This document shows, in pieces, positions 1 to 7,589 of a DNA stretch of 64,000 bases (position 1 is the first letter of the stretch; every line of letters begins with the position of its first letter). The position numbers and the translations under genes are program-made. The stretch spans positions 7,995 to 71,994 of the forward strand of contig CAZMHM010000005.1 of assembly GCA_964566135.1 (NCBI GenBank). Reading direction: 5' to 3'. The stretch comes from an uncultured Candidatus Saccharibacteria bacterium. Its GTDB lineage: Bacteria > Patescibacteriota > Saccharimonadia > Saccharimonadales > CAIOMD01. Under the pieces are notes generated by a model, which made no database searches, was not told the origin of the DNA, and was given only the letters and a program-made list of their open reading frames with translations.

Positions 1-58
1 AACTTCCAAAAATAATACCAAGGATAAACAGAAAAACTGCTACAAGATTATTGCTCAT
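1..58 (-). CDS. 5' end of a membrane protein running off the window (possibly prepilin peptidase)
   Basis: ATG at 58..56 (minus) opens MSNNLVAVFLFILGIIFGS, a hydrophobic N-terminus directly downstream of the pilin gene. The identity is guessed from position only. Confidence 0.3.
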   Translation of the reverse strand, partial: MSNNLVAVFLFILGIIFGS

Positions 59-121
59 GTTTAGATTCTATCGTAGATATTCATTTTGTTATAGCAATTC
101 ACCGTAATTGACGGGCTGATT

Positions 122-152
122 AAAAAGGACCTCCCGCTAGGAGAGGTCCTTT
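122..152 (-). terminator. Rho-independent terminator after the pilin gene
   Basis: Stem GGACCTC (127..133) pairs with GAGGTCC (143..149). The plus-strand A-run 122..126 gives a U-tract on the minus-strand RNA, 20 nt past the pilA stop. Confidence 0.7.
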
Positions 153-171
153 CGTAAGTACGAAGTGACTA

Positions 172-654
172 TTAGAGATTAATACATGCTCCGATATAAC
201 CGGAAGTTGACTCTTTGGTGTACTGTAACGCCGTTTTACGTGAGCTAGCAGAAGTGTCAGCTACGGTCGCACCGTTGTCACCACACTGTGCCCCTGTAAC
301 AATCTGCATTGCATCAGTAGTGAGCGCAGACTGCGTTCCTGTTGCAACTGTGAAGTTTGCGCCAGTTCCCGATACTACTAGCGTAGTTTGGTTGAGCGTG
401 CCTACAGAGCTGACAACAGCAGTTAGGTTAGCATTGCTTGTACCAGCGACAAAAGTCTTACCTTGGTTGTTCGCCGTCCAATCACTTACTGCAGATGCGA
501 CACGAGTTGCATCATTCTGCCTACCGTTATTACGGCTGTTTCGTTGCAGTGCTGGAACTGCCAAAAATACTACCAGCATAATAAGGCCGGCAATTGCCAA
601 CACAATCAAAACCTCGATGATTGTAAAGCCTTTTTGATTTGTTTTCTTAAGCAT
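172..654 (-). CDS. pilA: Type IV major pilin (prepilin with class III signal peptide)
   Basis: N-terminus MLKKTNQKG|FTIIEVLIVLAIAGLIMLVV carries the G/FTxxE prepilin cleavage and methylation motif plus a hydrophobic helix. It is the last gene of the pil operon. Confidence 0.9.
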   Translation of the reverse strand: MLKKTNQKGFTIIEVLIVLAIAGLIMLVVFLAVPALQRNSRNNGRQNDATRVASAVSDWTANNQGKTFVAGTSNANLTAVVSSVGTLNQTTLVVSGTGANFTVATGTQSALTTDAMQIVTGAQCGDNGATVADTSASSRKTALQYTKESTSGYIGACINL

Positions 655-698
655 GTTAAGTGGTGCCCTTTCTTTTAAATGCTTACGCTTATGAACTT

Positions 699-726
699 AT
701 AATAGCGGTAAACCGTCATTTTGCAA
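699..726 (-). promoter_or_regulatory. Candidate sigma-70 promoter for pilA
   Basis: Minus strand reads TTGCAA (726..721), a 16-nt spacer, then TATTAT (704..699), in the pilC-pilA intergenic region. Confidence 0.4.
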
Positions 727-738
727 GTATTTTCCTAC

Positions 739-1947
739 TTAGCCCGAAAGATTCTTACCAGCTAAGCCATAGATTGGCATGAGCACCGCGGCAACGATCA
801 CTAGTGCTACGATACCGAGGACAATCATCAAGAGTGGCTCGATAATGGTCGAGATGGCTTTGACCTGATCATCAACTTCTTTCTCGTAATAGTCAGCTGT
901 TTTCGTAAGCATGGCCTCAACAGAGCCGGATTGCTCGCCGATACGAAGCATATTGGGTACGAGTTCTAGGAAGTTTGGGTCACCCTCAAGGGAATCTGCC
1001 AAGCTCTTGCCACCTTTTACTTGCACAATAGCCCTGCTAATTGATTCTTGTATATACACATTATTAATAGACAGCGCTGTGATGTCGAGCATTTGCAGAA
1101 GCGGAACGCCACTTGCAACAAGTGTAGAGCCAGTACGGGCAAAGCGTGCCATATAGACCTTCATAAACAGCGGCCCAAATGGTGGCATTTTCATCTTTAC
1201 CTTGTCAACAAATCGCTTGCCGCCGACCGTACGAGCCCATCGGGTCCCAAACACTGCAGCGAGGATAGCTAATATAATAAATATCCACCAAAAATGAATG
1301 ATAAAGCTAGAGACCGCGAGTAACACCGTTGTTAATATTGGTAGCTGCGCGCCAGGTAAACCATCATATAGGACTTTAACCTGTGGCAAGACGCTCACGA
1401 GCATAAAGGCGACGACCGCAACCATGACAAGAAGTACGATAATCGGATAAATCATAGCACCCCGTACTTTCGACTGAATTTCGGCATCTTTTTCTTGCTG
1501 CATAGCAAGACGTTCTAGTGAACCATCAAGCGTACCCGAAACTTCACCGGCCGCCACAAGGCTGGTGAACACCGTGCCAAAAGTCTGAGGATGGCGCTCT
1601 AGCGCGCTGGCAAAACTCTGCCCAGACTCAACATCAGAGATAACATCATTTAACTGCGACTGTAGTTGCTTACTTTGTGACTGTTTTTGGACCATCCGCA
1701 AACTTTGCACTAACGGCAAGCCTGCGTTAATCAGGGTGCTTAATTGTCGAGCAAATAGAATTCTATCTTTTGTCTTAACCCGCTTAAACAAACCGCCCGA
1801 CCCTTTATCTTCTTGCACAATCGAAAGTGGCGCTAAGCCCTGCTCTTGTATTAGCCGTGCAGCCGATTTTTCGTTTTCGGCCTGAACTTGCGCTTTAACT
1901 TTTTGGCCAGTGGCAGGATTTCGTGCTTCGTAACGATACGTTAACAT
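739..1947 (-). CDS. pilC: Type IV pilus platform protein PilC (GspF family)
   Basis: 402 aa with a duplicated GspF-like architecture and three TM segments. It lies between pilT and pilA, and the sequence (RQLSTLINAGLPLVQSL, GEQSGSVEAML) is typical of PilC. Confidence 0.9.
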   Translation of the reverse strand: MLTYRYEARNPATGQKVKAQVQAENEKSAARLIQEQGLAPLSIVQEDKGSGGLFKRVKTKDRILFARQLSTLINAGLPLVQSLRMVQKQSQSKQLQSQLNDVISDVESGQSFASALERHPQTFGTVFTSLVAAGEVSGTLDGSLERLAMQQEKDAEIQSKVRGAMIYPIIVLLVMVAVVAFMLVSVLPQVKVLYDGLPGAQLPILTTVLLAVSSFIIHFWWIFIILAILAAVFGTRWARTVGGKRFVDKVKMKMPPFGPLFMKVYMARFARTGSTLVASGVPLLQMLDITALSINNVYIQESISRAIVQVKGGKSLADSLEGDPNFLELVPNMLRIGEQSGSVEAMLTKTADYYEKEVDDQVKAISTIIEPLLMIVLGIVALVIVAAVLMPIYGLAGKNLSG

Positions 1948-1949
1948 GC

Positions 1950-3017
1950 TTAGCCTCTCATTAGCCTATCTAGCTCATCTAAATCGACGGCATAATTGCG
2001 AGCTTCGTCATAGGTAATGGTGCCACTATGAATGAGACTAACTAGCGTTTTATCCATGCTCTGCATACCAAACTCAGCACCGGTCTGGATAACTGCATCA
2101 AGCTGGTGACTTTTACCTTCGCGAATAATATTACGTACTGCTGGCGTTGCAACTAAGATTTCGGCGGCAGCTACACGACCACCACCAATTGACGGCACTA
2201 AACGCTGCGATGTAATCGACATAAGAATATTGCTAAGCTGCGCGCGAATTTGCGGCTGCTGGTGCGGTGGAAATACGTCAATCATACGATCAATACTTTG
2301 TGCTGCACTGTTGGTATGTAGTGTCGCAAACACAAGGTGACCGGTTTCGGCAATCGTAATAGCCGCGGCAATAGTTTCGAGATCGCGCATCTCACCAATC
2401 AGTACCACGTCTGGGTCTTGGCGCAAGCTACTACGTAAAGCAGCACTAAAACTAAACGTGTCATAGTGCACTTCGCGCTGCACAATCACACTCTTAACAC
2501 TCTTATGTGTAAATTCAATCGGATCTTCAATCGTAACAATATGTTCGGCTCGCTCGTGGTTAATCTTGTGCACGAGTGCGGCAAGTGTTGTTGACTTACC
2601 CGAACCAGTCGGCCCCGTAACAAGCACAAGGCCACGTGGATAATCGGCAAATTTGTTAACAATCTGTGGCAATCCAAGCTGCTCAATCGTCAAAACTTCG
2701 TTAGGGATAAGACGCAAGGCAGCAGCTAAGTTACCACGCTCGTGGAAGGCGTTTACACGGAATCGCCCTAAATCGCCAAACGCAAAACTAAAGTCAAACT
2801 CTTTGTCTTTAAGCAGAATTTGCTTTTGGTCTTCGTCTAAAATCGCAAATACAAGTGTTTCTATTGCTTCTTCGGTAAGTGCATCTGTGCCACTCACTGG
2901 CTTAAGCGCACCATCGATACGAAGCATTGGCTGCAAACCAACCTGCAAGTGAAGGTCACTCGCTTTCTTTTTAATAACTTCTTCTAGGAGAATTTCTATT
3001 CTTGGTTGTGCTTGCAT
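1950..3017 (-). CDS. pilT: Twitching-motility retraction ATPase PilT
   Basis: 355 aa with Walker A GPTGSGKSTTLAAL, the ATLHTNSAAQSIDR His box and the AAEILVATPAVRNIIRE motif characteristic of PilT. Confidence 0.92.
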   Translation of the reverse strand: MQAQPRIEILLEEVIKKKASDLHLQVGLQPMLRIDGALKPVSGTDALTEEAIETLVFAILDEDQKQILLKDKEFDFSFAFGDLGRFRVNAFHERGNLAAALRLIPNEVLTIEQLGLPQIVNKFADYPRGLVLVTGPTGSGKSTTLAALVHKINHERAEHIVTIEDPIEFTHKSVKSVIVQREVHYDTFSFSAALRSSLRQDPDVVLIGEMRDLETIAAAITIAETGHLVFATLHTNSAAQSIDRMIDVFPPHQQPQIRAQLSNILMSITSQRLVPSIGGGRVAAAEILVATPAVRNIIREGKSHQLDAVIQTGAEFGMQSMDKTLVSLIHSGTITYDEARNYAVDLDELDRLMRG

Positions 3018-3047
3018 ATGTGTCTTTCCACCTTTTTTGAATTCTTG

Positions 3048-4838
3048 TTACGCGTTATCGGACGCTGCCACCCTATTAACTTCTGATAATGTCGTTCTGC
3101 CGGCTAAAGCTTTAAAGTAGCCGTCTTCGCGCATGTTTATCATGCCCTGTTCTTGTGCCTTTGCCTGAATCTCGGCACTTGTTGCTCGTTTGATAATAAG
3201 ATCTTGAATATCTTCTGTGACATTAAAGACTTCATATAAACCAAGCCGCCCCTTATATCCACTTGGATTGCTAGGCGTGGACGTACCCTTAAACAAAGTA
3301 TAAGCGTTTTGGCCGGCTAGTGGCAAGTCGCCATAACCAAAATCTTCTACGGCTGCTTTCTTTTCTTCCTCTGTTTTCGGTAATAAACCGCCAAGGGTTG
3401 CTTCTATTGCGGCGACCTCGGTCTTGCTGGCATCATATTTTTCAGGCTCACCAGCAATACGCCTCACTAGACGCTGACCAATAACGGTACGTACGGTACT
3501 GGCAATCAAAAACGGTTCGATATCCATATCAAGTAAACGTGGCAGAATTCCGGCAGCACTGTTAGTGTGTAGCGTGCTGAGCACAAGGTGTCCGGTAAGC
3601 GCCGCCTGCACCGCTAGCTGGGCCGTTTCTTTATCGCGAATTTCCCCCACCATCACCACGTCGGGGTCTTGGCGTAGAATACTACGCAAACCAGATGCAA
3701 ACGTTAAGCCAACGTCTGCGTTAACCTGAATCTGATTGATGCCGTCCATTTTATATTCAACCGGGTCTTCTAATGTAACAATATTTATCTCATCACTCTT
3801 TATCTCTTGAATAAGTGCGTACAGGCTGGTTGACTTACCAGAACCAGTAGGTCCAGAGGTCAAAATCATACCATTTGAGTTTTTAATGCCTTCGCGTATT
3901 GTACGCAGCGCCCGACCACTATAACCCATATCTTCGAGCTTCAGGCTCGTACCACTCTTATCGAGTAAACGAATAACTACTTGCTCACCCCATACAACTG
4001 GGCTAATGGCGATACGAAGGTCAATGGGTTTTTTGTCTACTAAAATTGTAAACTGGCCATCTTGCGGGATACGGTGCTCATCAATCTTAAGATTGGATAA
4101 AATTTTAATACGACTAACCAAAGGTGGTTCGGTTGCTTTGGGCAACTTCATAATTTCACGTAGCACGCCATCAACACGGCAGCGAATCTTAAGCTCTTTT
4201 TCGAGCGGTTCAATGTGGATGTCACTTGCCCGATTCTTGGCTGCATATTCGAGGATTGTCGAAAGCGCCTTACTAATAGGCGAATCTTGTACGATTGTCT
4301 GGATGTTCTTTTGATCAGACGCCTGACTTGGCTGCTCGCCATCTTTTGGCTTATCGCTATGGTCTCCAAGCGCATCGGCAACGTCTTTACCCACATCAAG
4401 CTGATACTGCTTTAAGACGTTCTCTATGCCCTCTTGGCTCGCCAGAAAGACCTTGAGCGGTCTACCAATACGATTAGCCAAAAAGTCTACCGCCTGCACA
4501 TTGTCTGCGTCAAGCATCGCGACAACCAGACGGTTTTGCATCTCGCCCAGTGGTACCGCCATGTAACGCTCGGCTACTTCTTGTGAAAGAAGTGCTAACA
4601 CCTTAGGGTTTACTCTGGCGTTAGTTAAGTTAACGTATGGTACTTTTGTAACCTGCGCGATTGTTTTGGTTAAGTCTTCGTTAGTTACGTGCCCTTCGCC
4701 GATGAGAAGCGATAAAAATGGCTCGTTATTAGCTGTTGAACGCGCATGCAGTTGCTTAATGTCGGAATCACTAATAAGACCGTTTTTAACAAGTAGTTCC
4801 TCTACTTGTTTCTGGGTATCTGCCAATAGTACGCTCAC
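3048..4838 (-). CDS. pilB: Type IV pilus assembly ATPase PilB (GspE family)
   Basis: 596 aa with an N-terminal GspE-N/MshEN-like domain, Walker A GPTGSGKSTSLYAL, LRQDPDVVMVGEIRD and STLHTNSAAG. Confidence 0.92.
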   Translation of the reverse strand: MSVLLADTQKQVEELLVKNGLISDSDIKQLHARSTANNEPFLSLLIGEGHVTNEDLTKTIAQVTKVPYVNLTNARVNPKVLALLSQEVAERYMAVPLGEMQNRLVVAMLDADNVQAVDFLANRIGRPLKVFLASQEGIENVLKQYQLDVGKDVADALGDHSDKPKDGEQPSQASDQKNIQTIVQDSPISKALSTILEYAAKNRASDIHIEPLEKELKIRCRVDGVLREIMKLPKATEPPLVSRIKILSNLKIDEHRIPQDGQFTILVDKKPIDLRIAISPVVWGEQVVIRLLDKSGTSLKLEDMGYSGRALRTIREGIKNSNGMILTSGPTGSGKSTSLYALIQEIKSDEINIVTLEDPVEYKMDGINQIQVNADVGLTFASGLRSILRQDPDVVMVGEIRDKETAQLAVQAALTGHLVLSTLHTNSAAGILPRLLDMDIEPFLIASTVRTVIGQRLVRRIAGEPEKYDASKTEVAAIEATLGGLLPKTEEEKKAAVEDFGYGDLPLAGQNAYTLFKGTSTPSNPSGYKGRLGLYEVFNVTEDIQDLIIKRATSAEIQAKAQEQGMINMREDGYFKALAGRTTLSEVNRVAASDNA

Positions 4839-4856
4839 GGCTTATGGCTCCAGTGC

Positions 4857-5102
4857 TTAATTACTCTTAAATGGCTGGTTGTTGGTGCTGTCACCAATAG
4901 TAATATTTTTAGTTGGGTTAAGAGAGTTGCTATTAAAGTATGCGGTGTCGGGCTGCTTAAACTCAGCGCTAATTGGCGCAATTGTTGGTGCGGTCAATTT
5001 ATAGGACTTTTGCCCGCCAAACAACGCATTAGCGATGACATAACTAAAGATTCCACTAACTACAGCCACGGCAACGATAATTACTATATCTTTTTGTTTC
5101 AT
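4857..5102 (-). CDS. Small single-pass membrane protein in the pil operon
   Basis: 81 aa with an N-terminal TM helix (IVIIVAVAVVSGIFSYVIANALF). Its start codon shares one nucleotide (5102) with the stop codon of the upstream pilO-like gene. Confidence 0.5.
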   Translation of the reverse strand: MKQKDIVIIVAVAVVSGIFSYVIANALFGGQKSYKLTAPTIAPISAEFKQPDTAYFNSNSLNPTKNITIGDSTNNQPFKSN

Positions 5103-5818
5103 TATTTTGCGCTCCCCGTTGTCTTTGTGGTTGTCGTCTTTTTGGCAGTTGTTTTTCCGTTAGTAACGATAACTTGCTTGATATCAAGTTTTTTCTCTGG
5201 CTGGTAGTACGTCTTAGCATTGACTGCTATCTGTAGATTACTGTCGCTACCAGTAAGATCAAGTGAAGCAATTTTTACCGGACGAATTGATCGTTCCAAA
5301 TCAAGTATGAGCTTCTGAGCAGAGGTAAAGTTCCCCGATGCCCCAATCAGTATCGGAATATCGACAGGCGTCGGTTCGGCACTATCTTGCGAGGCCTGTG
5401 CTTCATTATCTGTCCCACCAATACTGGTGATTTTATTTCCGCTACCACTAATCAGGCCTTCAAGACTTGTCGCAAGTGCTGGAAAGTCATATTTACTTGG
5501 CAATGAATCCAGTACTATCTTTGAGTTTTTGTCTTTTGTGCCGATAACCGACTCAGGCGTGGAATCAAATGTTTGGTAAGCGCTGTTTAGAGTGTCAGCC
5601 GCCTTTACGTTTTTACTTAGCTGCGATGCTGCCTTGCTGCGCAAGCTAATAACTTTGTTTTGATACGACATCCGTTTTAGCAAGGCCTGCGAAGCAACTA
5701 GGCTAAAAATTACTACCGCAGTTGTTATGGCTGCAGCAATTAGTGCTAACGAGTTAGCTTTATCAATTTGAATATGTTTGCCTGATAGACCAAATTTCTT
5801 TGTAAATGAAGATGCCAT
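5102..5818 (-). CDS. pilO: PilO-like pilus alignment protein
   Basis: 238 aa with one TM helix, then a coiled segment, then LDSLPSKYDFPALATSLEGLI, which resembles the PilO core. It lies after pilN and has a Thr/Lys-rich tail. Confidence 0.55.
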   Translation of the reverse strand: MASSFTKKFGLSGKHIQIDKANSLALIAAAITTAVVIFSLVASQALLKRMSYQNKVISLRSKAASQLSKNVKAADTLNSAYQTFDSTPESVIGTKDKNSKIVLDSLPSKYDFPALATSLEGLISGSGNKITSIGGTDNEAQASQDSAEPTPVDIPILIGASGNFTSAQKLILDLERSIRPVKIASLDLTGSDSNLQIAVNAKTYYQPEKKLDIKQVIVTNGKTTAKKTTTTKTTGSAK

Positions 5819-5820
5819 GA

Positions 5821-6510
5821 TTATTGCCCCTGCTGTGTTGTTTGTGGCTGAGCCTTAAATAATGCGTCCGGACTTTCTGTTTCTGACCTGGTAGATGTTA
5901 TCTTTGGTACAACTAGAGTAATTTTCTTGTTTTCGCTGCTAAATATAGCTGGGTCGAACTTTAGCGTGATTGTATAGCTGGCATCTTTGTCGCTTCTCGA
6001 GAAAGTCGTAAGAACAACAGATGAGAACGCAGATTTTTGGTCAGTACCATCATCTATGGTGTACTTAGTAAACTTAAGAGTATCGACAAATTTATTAACA
6101 GACTCTAGTGAATTTGCCGTACCTGTAATTTGTAACGAAGAATCATCATATTTAAGATTCAACGCTGATACCTGCACAGATGTCGGGGTTATCTGAGGCA
6201 AAAATCCAAATATTCTGCTCGTAACAGGCTTGTCGGCGTGTAGTTTCGAAAGTTGATTTAGTTGATTTTGAACCGTTAAAATTTTATCGAGTCCTTCGAC
6301 TTTTTGCAGTGCAGCTGCATTCTTTTTTATCTCACTGTCATAGTGGCTTAATTGTACTTTTTGCACTCCATACACGACGCTTGCAAGAATAGCGAGTATA
6401 CCAAGAGCGGCAGAAGAAATAAGAATTGAGCTTACAAGCACCATTCTTTTAGTACGCTGTGCCTTTATATACTTCGTTTTTACATCTGGTAGTAGGTTTA
6501 ACTGAATCAT
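5821..6510 (-). CDS. pilN: PilN-like pilus alignment protein
   Basis: Starts MIQLNLLPDVK (the INLLP motif of PilN) and has a single TM helix. It overlaps the pilM stop by 4 nt. Confidence 0.65.
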   Translation of the reverse strand: MIQLNLLPDVKTKYIKAQRTKRMVLVSSILISSAALGILAILASVVYGVQKVQLSHYDSEIKKNAAALQKVEGLDKILTVQNQLNQLSKLHADKPVTSRIFGFLPQITPTSVQVSALNLKYDDSSLQITGTANSLESVNKFVDTLKFTKYTIDDGTDQKSAFSSVVLTTFSRSDKDASYTITLKFDPAIFSSENKKITLVVPKITSTRSETESPDALFKAQPQTTQQGQ

Positions 6511-7547
6511 TCGGTACGCTCCGCAAGGCCAGTGGCTACGCCAAAGTGATTAGAAACAGCCAATAGCTCGTTTTGCCTGTCTGTTGGGAACGAAACATTG
6601 CGCCAGGCATTACCAATCTCTACATTGATAGCAAATTTATTAGCTAAGAATAATGGAAATTCGGGGAGTGTTGAGGCGCCACCGGTAACAATAATCCTGT
6701 CAAGCGGTACCGCCGGATAACGTGACTGGAAGAACTTAATTGATTTTTCAATCTCGCCAATAAGAACTTCTACCGTACCAATAATTGCGTTATATATCTG
6801 GCCCTCTAGCTTATCTTTGCTTAGACCAAATTTGTATACAAACTGTTCTGCTTGTTTATCGTCAATGTTTAAATTCTGGATAGCCGCCTTAAGAATAGTA
6901 TCCGTGCCGGTCGGGATTGAACGGGTCAAGCGAGGACCGCCGTTAAGCGAAATAACCAAGTCTGATGCCATACTTCCCATATCAATAACCATTTGCGCAC
7001 CCGTAGCATCACTTGGGATAATTGCGCGAGCCAGCGCTACCGCATCGGGCTCAAACGCAATAACGTTTAAACCAATGCCTTCGAGCATATCCAGGCGTGA
7101 TTCTATAAAGTCATTTGCTACGCTAGACAAAAGTATCTCTACCTTATTAGTGTCTTGTGGTGAATCGCCAAGTAGCGCCCAGTCGATCTTACTTTCGTCT
7201 AGTGGTGTAGGAATAAGTGTATCGGCTTGATAATGAATAGTCTTTTCGAGTTCTGCCTTGCTTAAACGCTCGATATCAACAACAGCAGTAAAAACACGCT
7301 GCGACGGCAAGCCCACTGCAACGTTCCTGGTCGTGACTTTTGACTGTCCCACCAGTTCTTTTATAATGCCTGCTATTTTTTGTTGATCTGCTTTTGCATC
7401 ACTGAGTACTAATTTGCTATCCACCGGTACTAGCGCATATTTGACGAGTGCTTTTACTGGACCACTGCCCCGTAATTGCACTAACCGAATCGCTGATGTA
7501 CCAATGTCTAGACCAAAAAAGTCCGTGACGCCGCTAAGGACGCTCAT
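6507..7547 (-). CDS. pilM: PilM, actin-like ATPase of the pilus alignment complex
   Basis: 346 aa with the actin-fold phosphate motifs GLDIGTSAIRLVQL, DMGSMASDL and IIVTGGAS. It lies upstream of pilN. Confidence 0.88.
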   Translation of the reverse strand: MSVLSGVTDFFGLDIGTSAIRLVQLRGSGPVKALVKYALVPVDSKLVLSDAKADQQKIAGIIKELVGQSKVTTRNVAVGLPSQRVFTAVVDIERLSKAELEKTIHYQADTLIPTPLDESKIDWALLGDSPQDTNKVEILLSSVANDFIESRLDMLEGIGLNVIAFEPDAVALARAIIPSDATGAQMVIDMGSMASDLVISLNGGPRLTRSIPTGTDTILKAAIQNLNIDDKQAEQFVYKFGLSKDKLEGQIYNAIIGTVEVLIGEIEKSIKFFQSRYPAVPLDRIIVTGGASTLPEFPLFLANKFAINVEIGNAWRNVSFPTDRQNELLAVSNHFGVATGLAERTE

Positions 7548-7554
7548 ACCTGTA

Positions 7555-7582
7555 ATTGTAGCATAAGCGTTATGGATAACAA
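7555..7582 (-). promoter_or_regulatory. Candidate promoter with extended -10, placed for a leaderless pilM mRNA
   Basis: Minus strand reads TTGTTA (7582..7577), 16 nt, then TGCTACAAT (7563..7555). Only 7 nt (TACAGGT) follow before the pilM ATG, with no Shine-Dalgarno. Confidence 0.4.
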
Positions 7583-7589
7583 CGTATTT

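Noticed and set aside
215-637. 140-aa plus-strand ORF antisense to pilA. Many similar 60 to 140-aa antisense ORFs occur throughout the track.
   Set aside because: Each is fully nested opposite a well-supported gene. Their compositions are Cys/Ser/Arg-rich or odd in other ways, and they lack ribosome-binding sites.
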